Positions 1 through 10,453 of a DNA stretch of 64,000 nucleotides are shown piece by piece. Made by a program: the position numbers and the translations under genes. The notes below the pieces were generated by a model that was not told the DNA's origin, made no database searches, and worked only from the letters and a program-made list of their open reading frames with translations. This DNA comes from an uncultured Fibrobacterota bacterium. GTDB taxonomy: Bacteria > Fibrobacterota > Chitinivibrionia > Chitinivibrionales > FEN-1185. The stretch is taken from positions 32,001-96,000 of the forward strand of contig CAVSQB010000010.1 in NCBI GenBank assembly GCA_963729895.1. Direction: 5' to 3'. Within the stretch, counting starts at the first letter, position 1. The number at the start of each line of letters is the position of its first letter.

Positions 1-2
1 CA

Positions 3-689
3 ATTCCTCAGAAGGGGAAATTGTCCATAGGACGCGCCGACACCAACGCGATGATTCTCACCGAGCCGCGGGTGAGCAGGTTCCACGCCCAGATCGAGTT
101 TCTGGAGCCGTCGAAAGCGTACGCGGTATCGGACCTCGGCAGTTCGAACGGCACCTTCCTGAACGGTCATAAGCTGCGCGCACTCGATTTGCGGCCTCTT
201 GCCAACTGGGACAAGATCCGCATTGCTTCGTCGGTGCTCACCGCCCGCTTCGTTGACGATCCGGCGATTATCAAGAAAGAATTCAAGGATCTCAGCTCGC
301 GGGTGCACCTCGAAGCCACGGAAATCATCGATGTCGCAACCATCAGGTCTGCGGCAAATCAAGCCGCGTTCAGCGGCGACTTGGAGCATCTGTGCTCCGT
401 GGAGCTGTTTCAAATGCTGGAATACGGGAGGAAAACCGGCGTCCTCACGCTGAAAACCGACATCGGAAACGGCACATTTTCTTTTGACTGCGGCCAGGTG
501 ATCAGCGGGGCCTTTGCCCATGCGCTGGACGAGCAGGCCGTGTTCGACGCCCTCACCTGCAGCCGCGGCACATTTTCCTTCACCTCGCTCGACGAAGTAA
601 CGGAGAAACCCAGGATCTCATCCACAACCACGGCCCTTCTCATGGAAGGCTGCCGGCTGCTCGACGAGGCGAATTCGGTTGCAAAATAG
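3..689 (+). CDS. FHA domain + DUF4388 (PATAN-like) signalling protein, 5'-truncated by window edge
   Basis: FHA motifs 'SIGR...VSRFHA...DLGSSNGTFLNG'; C-terminal 'FSGDL...VELFQMLEYGRKTGVLTL...ALLMEG' typical of DUF4388; reading frame is open upstream of 21 to the window start. Confidence 0.85.
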   Translation: MPQKGKLSIGRADTNAMILTEPRVSRFHAQIEFLEPSKAYAVSDLGSSNGTFLNGHKLRALDLRPLANWDKIRIASSVLTARFVDDPAIIKKEFKDLSSRVHLEATEIIDVATIRSAANQAAFSGDLEHLCSVELFQMLEYGRKTGVLTLKTDIGNGTFSFDCGQVISGAFAHALDEQAVFDALTCSRGTFSFTSLDEVTEKPRISSTTTALLMEGCRLLDEANSVAK

Positions 690-750
690 GACGGCGGTCC
701 GGCCCGTTCCCTTCCATCGATCCCCGGTAGTTTTATTCAAGGAGTCGTGA

Positions 751-1329
751 GTGAAAGCAATCGGCATCAACGGCAGTCCTCGCAAAACCGGCAATACGTC
801 CATTCTGCTGCGGCATGTACTCGGCGAACTGGAAAAACAAGGAGTCGAAACCGGGCTCATCCAGCTTGGCGGGCAAAGGATCCACGGCTGCATCGCCTGT
901 TACAAATGTTTTAAGGCAAAAAACAAGCGATGCGCCGCAACGGACGACACGGTAAACGAATGCATAGCCAAAATGGACGAAGCCGACGCGGTCATTATCG
1001 GATCGCCAACCTACTTTGCAGATTGCACTGCTGCAACCAAGGCCCTCATAGAACGAGCGGGATTCGTGGCGCGCGCAAATGGAGACTTGTTCAAGCGCAA
1101 AATCGGCGCCGCGGTCGTGGCGGTGAGGCGCGCGGGCGCGATCCACACATTCGATTCCATCAATCATCTCTTTACAATCGGGCAAATGATTATTGTCGGG
1201 TCTTCCTACTGGAATATCGGCACGGGACGGGAAAAGGGAGAGGTTGAGAAAGACGAAGAAGGCATCGCTACAATGGTCACGCTGGGCAGGAACATTGCCT
1301 GGGCGCTCAAGAAATTACGCCGGCGGTAG
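751..1329 (+). CDS. Iron-sulfur flavoprotein / NADPH-dependent FMN reductase (flavodoxin family)
   Basis: 'GINGSPRKTGNT', compact Cys motif 'GCIACYKC..RC', 'GSPTYF'; AAGGAG RBS before GTG. Confidence 0.9.
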   Translation: MKAIGINGSPRKTGNTSILLRHVLGELEKQGVETGLIQLGGQRIHGCIACYKCFKAKNKRCAATDDTVNECIAKMDEADAVIIGSPTYFADCTAATKALIERAGFVARANGDLFKRKIGAAVVAVRRAGAIHTFDSINHLFTIGQMIIVGSSYWNIGTGREKGEVEKDEEGIATMVTLGRNIAWALKKLRRR

Positions 1330-1375
1330 AGAATCATTCTAGAACGCGTGCTTTCCATTCTGCAAGGGAATCACG

Positions 1376-2014
1376 ATGGTTCCGTTCGCCCATCTTCTTG
1401 CTCAGCAGTTCAGAAAGCCCTCGGGCCTGCTTGGCCGGTATGCCCTCAACTTCATGCTTCGCAACAACCGTACAAAAATCGAGTGGGCAGTGCACCTGTG
1501 CGACATTCAAGAGAACGATGTCGTCCTGGAAATCGGATTCGGCCCCGGCATCGGCATTGCAACGGCGGCGGCGCTTGCCACAAAGGGAAAGGTGTACGGC
1601 CTCGATTTCTCCCGGGCAATGGTTCGGCGCGCTGCACGGCACAATAGAGCACTTGTAAAAACCGGCAGAGTTATTCTCCTGTTCGGCGACGCAGGCGACG
1701 CCCCGTTTGCCGACAATTTCTTTGACCGGCTGTTTGCCGTCAACGTAGTCTACTTTTGGCCGGATCCCCGGTGTGAGCTTTCCGAAGTGCTAAGGATCCT
1801 CAAGCCGGGGGGAAGGGCGGTCTTCTATGTGACCGACAGACTATCTATGGACGCAACGCCGTACACAAACACCGGCGTTTTTCACAAATACACGGCGCAG
1901 GAATTCCTGCCGGTCCTACAGGGTACAGCGTTTTCGAGTGTGCGCTACGAATCCACTACGCAAACAAGAAACGGGAAACCGGTTCTCGGACATTGTTTTA
2001 TTGCTGTAAAGTAA
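1376..2014 (+). CDS. Class I SAM-dependent methyltransferase
   Basis: 'VLEIGFGPG', 'GLDFS', 'FDRLFAVNVVYFW', 'RILKPGG'. Confidence 0.88.
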   Translation: MVPFAHLLAQQFRKPSGLLGRYALNFMLRNNRTKIEWAVHLCDIQENDVVLEIGFGPGIGIATAAALATKGKVYGLDFSRAMVRRAARHNRALVKTGRVILLFGDAGDAPFADNFFDRLFAVNVVYFWPDPRCELSEVLRILKPGGRAVFYVTDRLSMDATPYTNTGVFHKYTAQEFLPVLQGTAFSSVRYESTTQTRNGKPVLGHCFIAVK

Positions 2015-2054
2015 TGAGTAGGCGCGCAGGCCCTCTTTGCCCACCCGCTGTTTG

Positions 2055-3158
2055 TCATTTGCGAAAATTCGATTCGAATTCGCCATACCCCTCTTTCTTC
2101 AGGTCCTCGCGGGGTATAAAGCGCATGCTTGCAGAATTCATGCAGTACCGCAAGTGAGTGGGCGCCGGTCCGTCGTTGAACACATGGCCCAGATGCGAGT
2201 CGCCGTAACGGCTTCGCACCTCGGTCCTTTCCATGCCGAAACTCACATCGGTCTTTTCCGCGATATTCCCCGCCACCAGAGGCCTGGTGAAACTGGGCCA
2301 GCCCGTGCCTGATTCAAATTTGTCAACAGAACCGAATAAAGGCTCTCCCGACGCCACATCCACATAAATTCCCTCCCGGTGATTGTTCCAGTACTCGTTG
2401 TTGAAAGCGGGCTCCGTGGCGCTTTCTTCCGCAACGGAAAACTGGAGAGGAGTAAGGAATTTCTTGAGGATCTCCGCCGACGGCTTGCTGAACTCCTTGA
2501 TCTCAACGGACTCCGCGCTCCACGTCTTGCCTTTCCAGGATCTCTCTACAAAAGCATCGCGGCCCGATCCCTGTCGGTACTGATGGTAACCGGCAGAGTT
2601 CTTTACAAAGTAATCCTGATGATAATCTTCAGCAGGGTAAAAGGTGGATGCCGGTTCGATCATCGTGACGATCGGCTTGTCGAAGACATGGGCCTTTGCG
2701 AGGTCAGCGGCCGTTGCTTCCGCCAGGTTCTTCTGTTCCAGCGTCGAATAGAAAATGGCCGACCGGTATTGGTTGCCCCTGTCTACAAATTGACCGGCGC
2801 CGTCAGTAGGATCGATATTCTTCCAGAAGACATCGAGCAGCTTGAGATAACCGACGCGCCGAGGATCGAAGAATACCTCAATCGATTCCACATGACCCGT
2901 CCCGCCCGCAGACACCTCCTCGTAGGTCGGGTTGAGCTTTGTGCCGCCCGTGTATCCGACAATAACGTTCGTCACTCCGTCGAGTTTTCTGAACGGCGGT
3001 TCCATGCACCAGAAACACCCACCGCTGAAAATCGCCACTGCGTGGTTCTGGTCGGCACCGACGACATCTCCCGCCGCCCGCGCGGCTGTTTTACGGCTAA
3101 AGCCGGTTAAGACTACCATGATAACCGCTCCCGCTAGAATGAGTGCAATAACCCGCAT
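2055..3158 (-). CDS. msrAB: Exported bifunctional peptide-methionine sulfoxide reductase MsrA/MsrB
   Basis: MsrA 'GGCFWCME...GYTGG...AEDYHQDY'; MsrB 'GTGWPSF...[11 protein letters not shown]...RYCMNSAS'; start moved to ATG 3158 (AGGAG RBS, hydrophobic signal-like N-terminus). Confidence 0.93.
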   Translation of the reverse strand: MRVIALILAGAVIMVVLTGFSRKTAARAAGDVVGADQNHAVAIFSGGCFWCMEPPFRKLDGVTNVIVGYTGGTKLNPTYEEVSAGGTGHVESIEVFFDPRRVGYLKLLDVFWKNIDPTDGAGQFVDRGNQYRSAIFYSTLEQKNLAEATAADLAKAHVFDKPIVTMIEPASTFYPAEDYHQDYFVKNSAGYHQYRQGSGRDAFVERSWKGKTWSAESVEIKEFSKPSAEILKKFLTPLQFSVAEESATEPAFNNEYWNNHREGIYVDVASGEPLFGSVDKFESGTGWPSFTRPLVAGNIAEKTDVSFGMERTEVRSRYGDSHLGHVFNDGPAPTHLRYCMNSASMRFIPREDLKKEGYGEFESNFRK

Positions 3159-3348
3159 ACATCGTCTCCTCTGTTTTCCTACAAGGAATACGGGGCGACG
3201 GCCGGAGAAATTACCTTCGCAGATTCCGCGGCTGTGTAGTCGTTCTTGAGAAGGGTGATGGCAAAAAAAGGCAGGAACGGTCAACAGTTGATTTACGCTG
3301 ATAAAGTGACCGCACGCCACAGGCTGCGCGAGCGGTCACTATCTTCAC

Positions 3349-6300
3349 TTACGGCAGGTACGTCATTCTTTTTTCAAAGATGCCGCTCGTCTTCTTGTTT
3401 TCGTCGAACGCTTCCATGCGCACCACATACATCCCGGCGGCAACGCGGCGCTTGTCCAGCGACCTGCCGTCCCACGTGATCTCCCGAATGCCCTGGAAAC
3501 CTTCTTCATTTGTGGTTATCTGCCACACGATCCTGCCGCGCATGTCGTATATGCAGAACCGTGCGCTGCTCACCCCGCCGCCTGCAATGTTGTACCTGAT
3601 CCGGACCATCCTTCCGAACGGGTTCGGCGACGTGCCGACAAGCTGCAGGGTCCCGGTCTTCATGATAATCGCCATCTTGGCGAGATACGTCTGGCTACCC
3701 ACCACCAGCAGCCGGTATGCCCTGCCGCCCGCCGCAACCGTGACCGCCGCGTCCTTGGCGGAAAAGTCGTCGTACATCCCCGTCTCCTCGTTCAGCGCCT
3801 TTGCAAGAAAACCCTGCGGAAGCGCTGTCAGCGTTTCCACGTGATACGATATCCGGCTCTGCTCCTGCCCGTCGTTGACAAAAGCAAGCAGATACGTGCA
3901 CCCGCCGCCCGCCGTCGTGTGCGAAAGCGCATCTCCGTACAGCTTCTTCCCCGTGTTGTCGTACACGCACACATGCTCCTGTGAAAACGAAGGAGGCACC
4001 GGAAAGTAGCTCACTACCGCGCTCTTTGCCTGCGTGTAGCCGCACAGCACGGACGTCAGCGGCGAGCCGTCGGAAAGGTGCGGAACCACCGACAGCGCCC
4101 AGCCCGTGGCTCCGCTTGTCTTTGCCATGCGCTTCTTTGCAACATAGCCCGACAAAACTTTCGGAATCGGAGCAACTTTGAGCGTCACCGGAACGGTCAG
4201 GGGATTATACACCGTGTACGCGCCTGCAAGGTCTTGCGAACTGATCACCGTTCCCTTGTCGCCAAGCGAAGCCAGCGCACCAGCCATGTCCTCGATGAAA
4301 AGATCGTTCAATTTCAATTGGCTGCTGCCCGAGTCTTTCACCCACGAATGGAACTGCAACGAATCTCCCACGGCCATGGTCCCGATTGAATCGGTTGAAT
4401 CGATGATGTCGCCTATCCTGATGTCGAACTTGAACGGCAGCGCAAAATCGGTAAATTCGCCCGGCGCAAGCGAAATCGGATATGCATTCTTCAGACTTGG
4501 CGTGATGCCATTGCCAAAATTAACTGAAATGCTCTGCCGCGACTTTGCCCATACCACGATCCCCGGGACCATGGAGAAAATACCGGTCGTCTGGCCCGAA
4601 TACTCAACCCACTTGTCCGACTGCCACCTGAACAACCGCAGTTGCGTGTTATCGTAGGTCCATGCCGGGTTGGCCGTGCTCGCTTCGAGAATGTTCTTCA
4701 TGGTGTCGTTGGCAAGGCCAGCGGTCACCCGCAGCGGGACCCACGTTTGCACTCCGGTCGGGACGACATCAGAGTTGTCACGCATCACCTGCCGCGACAC
4801 GTTCAGCGTGTCGTTGTGGACGCCGTCGCTGGCCACCACCAGGCCGCGATACCCCGTATACTTGGAAACATACGGGCCCAAAATGGTGTCGACAAAGACA
4901 GCGCTCGTTGACGAAAGCATGTTGCTGTCCAACCCCGCCTCGCTGTTGTCGCCGCTGGCGTAATAATATTTCACTATCACGTTGGCGCAATTGTCGCTTA
5001 TGTGAAGTTCATCGTACAGGTTCGCAAATGCCCCAACCGTATCCGAATGCAATCCTAGCGTCACGGTCACCGACATGGTGTCGATGAGCGCCATGAACCG
5101 GTCCTGCGGACCCATAAAATCCTTGTTGGCCATGATCGTCCACGCATAGCCGGTGCTGTCGGCCATCGACGTCCTGTCCACATACCAGAGGCCATTGCTC
5201 CCTTGTTGATAAATCCGCACATTGGCCAGCCCGTACGTGGCGGCAGCCGGGAAAAGCTTGAATTCTATCTTGAACGGCGCAGACTGGTCCAGATGGGAAA
5301 AGTAGAACGGCACGCTTACCGGCACAAACCCGTAGAGATTTGCCGGGCCGATTGAGTCATACCGTATCGTGTCGGGCGTGTTGGTCACATCGCCAGGGGT
5401 CAGCGCATTGGCAATGATCACGATATTCCCGTTGAACAGCGCATGCGTGTCGCCAGGCACCGTGGTGAAAAGCGTGGCCGGTTGCCAGTTGTAAAACGGA
5501 CTCGCAACAACCGCCTCGGAACCGGAGGTCGGATCGGCCGGCGTTCCGTTGAGCCTGCTTTCCCACAGAGCAACGTAATACTGAGCACTATACACCAGGG
5601 GCTGCAGCTTGATTGTCGTGCTGTCCGACCCGGACTTCACCGGTATGAGCTGATGGATACTCGTGTCCGCCGTCGGATACCCGCTCAGCGAATACGAAAT
5701 GCCGATCTCCAGGGTGTCGGGAAGATTGTTGTTCACCGTCCAGCTTACATGGATCTCGTTGGTGGCGGTATCGAACGTAAGGCTCGTTATCTTCACGGAA
5801 TTGGTATCAAGCTTCCCGCCCGGTTGAAAGGTCGTTGCATTGGCGCTCGAGGAGTCCGTCACGTACGACCACTGCCCGCCCTCAAATACCTGCGCGCCGA
5901 AATAGTAATGCGTTTGCGACAGCAGGCCCGTTACCACAAGCTGCGTGTTTGACACCAGGGGCACGTCTATCGAATTGTAGGGCGGGGACGCAAAGGTGGC
6001 GGTATTCACCGTGACGGCGGCGCCGGCCTGGTACCAGATGCGGATGTTGCTGACCCCTCCAACCGGGTTCCACGTCAGCAGGATACTGCTCGCGCTCTGG
6101 GCCACCGCGGTCAAAATAATCGGATTCGAGGGCCGGTTCGCTCCGGCATAATACTGCGCGCGAACAAGCGAACTCTCTTTCTTGTCTTTTCCCTTCACAA
6201 TAACATAACAGTTCAACAGCTTCTGCACCCCTGTATTGAACTGCGGATTTTGCACGACAACGCTGTCCCGGCCGCTGGCATAGACGGACCCAAGCTTGAA

Positions 6301-8706
6301 CCGCCAGGTCTGGGCCGGATCGGCATAATTCGGCACCGTATCCGTGGCGCTCGTGCCGAACCAGACTATCACCGAGTCCACGCTCGACGTATCCAAACTT
6401 AACAAATTAGAAACCGTGAACTGCACCGAATCGCCGCCAAACCATTGCCCGCCAACCCGGGCCGTGTTTACGGGAGTGGTGGTGTCGGTCATCACCACGA
6501 TCGTGCCGTTGCCGGCACTGAACGCGCTCCAGTACCATGTGCCGTTGTTCCAATGCACTTGCGTCATGAATCCGGCAGCAGTATCCGTACCCGCGAGCAC
6601 CACGGTAACGTCCGCCTTAAACGGCGGCGTTGCTTTCTGCATGTCGGACAGGCTGTATTCTCCGCACTGCGCCGCGGGCGCCGCGGCAGAAACCGGCAGT
6701 GCCGATCCGGACTGGTACCACAGCCTCAGGCTGTCCGCGTATGGCAGCGGAAGCGGACCAAGGGGAACAAGCGCGTAGTTCGCAAACGTTATCTCAGCTT
6801 TGCCCGCGGATACATACCTCCCCGTGATGGCAACCGGGTTGTCCTTGAACGTGGTTATGGATATTGTCATGCTGTCGGCTCGCACCGCGCCGTTCAGCAG
6901 CACGAGCGTTGCCGAAAATACCCCGGACGAATTGTACACGTGCTGCGGGTTCGAATTGTTGCTGGTATCAACCCCGCCGTCCCCGAAATACCATAACCGC
7001 TTTGTAAACGGGCCCGTGGACTGGTCGGTGAACGTGATGGTGGCCCCGACCTGCGCAATGGTCTGGCTCACCGTGAACATTGCCTTTATGGGCACATTCA
7101 CCACAAGCTGCCCGGCGCTCGACGTTGTGGAACCCGCGGCATTTGTTACGATCACGGTATACGCGCCCGCATTCGCTACAGTGGCGGACGGGATGGCGAT
7201 GGATTGGCCGGTTTGCGCAGGAACAACGGCCACGCCATTCAACAGCCATTGGTAGGTGAAGGGAGGCGTGCCTGTCGGCGTGGTGACCGTGAAGGTGGCC
7301 GACCCGCCAACCAGAACCGTGTCATTGACAGGAGCGACTGCCGCATTCGCCGGCTTTGCCACCACGGTGACGATCGCGGCCCGGCTTTCCACGCTGTCCG
7401 TCGCGTTTTTCACCATCACCGTGTAGCTTCCCGCATCGGCGGGTGTCACCGGGTTCTTCGTGTAGGTCGCGGTGACGGCACCCGCGATAGCAACGCCCGC
7501 TTTTTTCCATTGATATGCAGTGGCATTTGTCGCTACAACCGTAAGCGTCAATGTTCCGCCCTCGTTAACCGTTGTTGTGGCCGCAGGCTGTGTGGTGATT
7601 TGCGGCGCCGTGGTGTTCTGCACCTGGACCGTTGCAGTTGCAGCCACGGCGCTGTAGGCAGTTACCCCGCCGTTGGGAACTGCTGCCTGGCCCACGCTGC
7701 CGTTCGCCTTGTTGTCGGTCTGGTTCCAGGCGCGGAAATTAAATGTTGACGGCCCGCTGTACGTGACAACAGGTACAAACCTCACCAAGGCCGCAGTGTT
7801 GAGCAGTGTCGCGCTCGCATCTGACAAGACACCGAACGGCGTCCACGCCGCGCCCGCATTAGTTGAAAACTGCCACGCGCCGTTGGTATTGTCGGCCCCG
7901 GTGACCGCGATGCCGCGGTTGCCAAAGCCGGTCACCACCACGCTGTCGATGAACAACGAGTCGGTGTATCCGTCGGCATTCTGGATAACCCAGGACAATA
8001 CGTTCGCAAGCGTCTTGCTCTTTGCGGATACCGGGTTCAGAACTCCAGTGGCGAACACGATGGAATGCAGCGAGTCCCAGGTAAAGGTCGCCTGTCTCCA
8101 CACGGCCGATTCGGGCATGCTATCCTGGTAATTGCTGGCAACGCCAGTATTAATGTCGGTGGTCTCTACCTTGAAATAATGCTTGCTCCCCTTATACCAG
8201 TAGGTGAACCCGGTTGCCTGTGTCAGGTCAACCGGCAGGGACGCTGCAGGCGGCACGACGACTGCTGGATTCAGGTTTACCCCAAGACCCACATACGGAT
8301 TGTATCCCAAAACGGCTCTGCCGTTGAGCACGAAGTTTATTTTTGCGCAGTATGCGGAATTATTGTACCCACCCGGCACCGGCGCGGTGAACGGCATAGG
8401 CGTGATAACGGAAGTTCCGCCCCCACCCACGTCGTCGAACGTGAACCACTGCCCGCCCCATATAGAGACGTTGTTACCGTCTGCAAAGTTGTCGAGAAGG
8501 GTCCCGTCGGTAACGATGGGGTTGAGAAACGAGGAAACGGTGTATCCTGCGGGATTTGTCGCTCCCGAGGGAATGGCTGGAGTAAGGGTCGGATTTACAC
8601 CCGAGAGAATGGGAGCGCCCGCCATGGCGGCGGCCGGCGAAAGCAGAAGAACCGCCGCCAGCGCAATGCCGGCGGAGACAATCGCACAACGCTTCACTTT
8701 TTCCAT
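3349..8706 (-). CDS. Large secreted multidomain protein (CBM11/CIA30-like, cadherin-like, Ig, PKD, FN3, C-terminal FlgD/T9SS-like domain)
   Basis: Signal peptide; 'LLDNFADG..WGGQWFTFDD' CBM11-like; Ig repeats 'YQWKK..DAGSYTV'; PKD 'FTDQSTG..WYFGDG..NPQHVY'; C-terminal 'PNPF..IYDMRGRIV..WDGR..AAGMYVVRM'. Confidence 0.8.
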   Translation of the reverse strand: MEKVKRCAIVSAGIALAAVLLLSPAAAMAGAPILSGVNPTLTPAIPSGATNPAGYTVSSFLNPIVTDGTLLDNFADGNNVSIWGGQWFTFDDVGGGGTSVITPMPFTAPVPGGYNNSAYCAKINFVLNGRAVLGYNPYVGLGVNLNPAVVVPPAASLPVDLTQATGFTYWYKGSKHYFKVETTDINTGVASNYQDSMPESAVWRQATFTWDSLHSIVFATGVLNPVSAKSKTLANVLSWVIQNADGYTDSLFIDSVVVTGFGNRGIAVTGADNTNGAWQFSTNAGAAWTPFGVLSDASATLLNTAALVRFVPVVTYSGPSTFNFRAWNQTDNKANGSVGQAAVPNGGVTAYSAVAATATVQVQNTTAPQITTQPAATTTVNEGGTLTLTVVATNATAYQWKKAGVAIAGAVTATYTKNPVTPADAGSYTVMVKNATDSVESRAAIVTVVAKPANAAVAPVNDTVLVGGSATFTVTTPTGTPPFTYQWLLNGVAVVPAQTGQSIAIPSATVANAGAYTVIVTNAAGSTTSSAGQLVVNVPIKAMFTVSQTIAQVGATITFTDQSTGPFTKRLWYFGDGGVDTSNNSNPQHVYNSSGVFSATLVLLNGAVRADSMTISITTFKDNPVAITGRYVSAGKAEITFANYALVPLGPLPLPYADSLRLWYQSGSALPVSAAAPAAQCGEYSLSDMQKATPPFKADVTVVLAGTDTAAGFMTQVHWNNGTWYWSAFSAGNGTIVVMTDTTTPVNTARVGGQWFGGDSVQFTVSNLLSLDTSSVDSVIVWFGTSATDTVPNYADPAQTWRFKLGSVYASGRDSVVVQNPQFNTGVQKLLNCYVIVKGKDKKESSLVRAQYYAGANRPSNPIILTAVAQSASSILLTWNPVGGVSNIRIWYQAGAAVTVNTATFASPPYNSIDVPLVSNTQLVVTGLLSQTHYYFGAQVFEGGQWSYVTDSSSANATTFQPGGKLDTNSVKITSLTFDTATNEIHVSWTVNNNLPDTLEIGISYSLSGYPTADTSIHQLIPVKSGSDSTTIKLQPLVYSAQYYVALWESRLNGTPADPTSGSEAVVASPFYNWQPATLFTTVPGDTHALFNGNIVIIANALTPGDVTNTPDTIRYDSIGPANLYGFVPVSVPFYFSHLDQSAPFKIEFKLFPAAATYGLANVRIYQQGSNGLWYVDRTSMADSTGYAWTIMANKDFMGPQDRFMALIDTMSVTVTLGLHSDTVGAFANLYDELHISDNCANVIVKYYYASGDNSEAGLDSNMLSSTSAVFVDTILGPYVSKYTGYRGLVVASDGVHNDTLNVSRQVMRDNSDVVPTGVQTWVPLRVTAGLANDTMKNILEASTANPAWTYDNTQLRLFRWQSDKWVEYSGQTTGIFSMVPGIVVWAKSRQSISVNFGNGITPSLKNAYPISLAPGEFTDFALPFKFDIRIGDIIDSTDSIGTMAVGDSLQFHSWVKDSGSSQLKLNDLFIEDMAGALASLGDKGTVISSQDLAGAYTVYNPLTVPVTLKVAPIPKVLSGYVAKKRMAKTSGATGWALSVVPHLSDGSPLTSVLCGYTQAKSAVVSYFPVPPSFSQEHVCVYDNTGKKLYGDALSHTTAGGGCTYLLAFVNDGQEQSRISYHVETLTALPQGFLAKALNEETGMYDDFSAKDAAVTVAAGGRAYRLLVVGSQTYLAKMAIIMKTGTLQLVGTSPNPFGRMVRIRYNIAGGGVSSARFCIYDMRGRIVWQITTNEEGFQGIREITWDGRSLDKRRVAAGMYVVRMEAFDENKKTSGIFEKRMTYLP

Positions 8707-9090
8707 GAAATATTCCTTGTGTGGAGTGAATACCCGATACGCATCCCCTGCCCTTTGCCCTCATATTCAAGTATGTTGTAAATATCAATTAACAAACGAG
8801 AGCGTCTGCGCCCTTAAACGAATAAACGCCCCTGCAATCCATCACCGTCCAAATATAATAGTCGTTCTCCGGTATTCGCAGGTTCGCAGAAAATAACAAG
8901 AATTCGCGCGCCAAGAAAGGTAATCGCCAATGCACGCTATTGGGAAGACCAGCCCATTTCTTGCGCAACCCGAGTAAATCCAACGGCATACCCGAGAACG
9001 CCTCAAACGCCCATCATGTTAGCCGATCATCATTATTATAAATATAAACATAAAAAAATACAATATTTATCATAAAAGTCAAAGAGAGCG

Positions 9091-10395
9091 CGCATTGCCT
9101 CAAATTAAATGTAACCGAAGGCTTAATCGAAACACGCACCAATTGATTCGTTGCCTCATAATTAAGGTAACCCAAGAAAAAAGGGGGTTACCACTATGGG
9201 GCACAAAGAAAAAGAAGCATATCGGGAAGCGATACGACAACGATATGCCCATTCCAACAGAGCCGGCAAAAAGCAGATTCTCGATGAGTTTTGTGCGATT
9301 TGCCGATACAATCGCAAGTACGCTATCCGGCTACTTGGAAAACGCAAACAGAAACAAAAAGCCAAGCGTGGAAGAAGACCCTTATATGCTGAACCGCTTT
9401 TTATTAAGGCGTTACAGTACATCTGGAAAGCCTCTGATTTCATGTGCTCTCGCCGCCTTAAGGTTGTCATTCCAGTATGGCTGCCATTCTACGAACAATC
9501 CTTTGAACTGCTTTCCGAGGAAGTCCGTGCGCGGCTCCTCTCTGTCAGCCGCTCCACGCTTGACCGCGTCCTATGCCCTTTACGTACGCGTATGGGCAAG
9601 GGATTGTGCGGCACCAAGCCCGGCTCCATGCTGCGCAATCAAATCCCCATCCGTACCGACAACTGGGATATTACCCAGCCTGGATTCATGGAGGCGGATA
9701 CGGTTGCCCATTGCGGCACCAGCCTTGCCGGAGAATTTGTGTGGAGCCTTATCATGACTGACATCCATACTGCTTGGACCGAAGGCCGTGCTGTGTGGAA
9801 TAAGGGCTCCCAGGGTGTCATTGAGCAGGTTAAAGACATCGAACGACGAATACCTTTTGCCCTGCGTGGCTTTGACTGTGATAACGGGTCCGAGTTCCTC
9901 AACTATCATCTCGAACGCTACTTCGCCGTGCGACAAGACCCTGTAAAGTTCACCCGGTCACGTCCCTACAAGAAAAACGACAACGCCCATGTCGAACAGA
10001 AAAACTGGGCGCAGGCCAAGCACATGCTTGGTTATGATCGGATCGAAAACCCCGACACGCTTCCCCTCATTAACGACCTCTATGCCAACGAGTGGTCTCT
10101 CTATCAAAACCACTTCTGTCCATCGCTGAAACTCAAATCTAAAATCCGGATAGGATCTCGATACCGCAAGACCTATGAAGAACCGAAAACTCCCTATCAA
10201 AGAATCGTTGAATCACCTTACATAGCTTCAGAAGTCAAGCAAAGCCTTGAACTGACCCACCGTGCTCTCAATCCATTCCAATTAAAAAAGACTATCGAAA
10301 GAAAACTCAAAACCATTTTCAACCTTGTTACGGTTACCTCATTTGTGAGGCATCGAATCTGACCCTTCGGTTACCTTTTATTATGAGGCAACACG
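9091..10395 (+). mobile_element. Insertion sequence, copy 1 (1305 bp; rve/DDE transposase; imperfect ~31-bp TIRs; 5-bp TSD GAGCG)
   Basis: Boundaries defined by identity with copy 2; ends CGCATTGCCTCAAATTAAATGTAACCGAAGG / CCTTCGGTTACCTTTTATTATGAGGCAACACG; GAGCG at 9086-9090 and 10396-10400. Confidence 0.92.
9196..10362 (+). CDS. DDE (integrase-core) transposase
   Basis: 'MEADTVAHCG', 'DCDNGSEF', 'RSRPYKKNDNAHVEQKN'; N-terminal HTH-like region. Confidence 0.9.
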   Translation: MGHKEKEAYREAIRQRYAHSNRAGKKQILDEFCAICRYNRKYAIRLLGKRKQKQKAKRGRRPLYAEPLFIKALQYIWKASDFMCSRRLKVVIPVWLPFYEQSFELLSEEVRARLLSVSRSTLDRVLCPLRTRMGKGLCGTKPGSMLRNQIPIRTDNWDITQPGFMEADTVAHCGTSLAGEFVWSLIMTDIHTAWTEGRAVWNKGSQGVIEQVKDIERRIPFALRGFDCDNGSEFLNYHLERYFAVRQDPVKFTRSRPYKKNDNAHVEQKNWAQAKHMLGYDRIENPDTLPLINDLYANEWSLYQNHFCPSLKLKSKIRIGSRYRKTYEEPKTPYQRIVESPYIASEVKQSLELTHRALNPFQLKKTIERKLKTIFNLVTVTSFVRHRI

Positions 10396-10453
10396 GAGCG
10401 GCAGAAAAAACAAAGGTCCCAGGGAAGACGTTGACGAAAACCTTGAATCCGGG

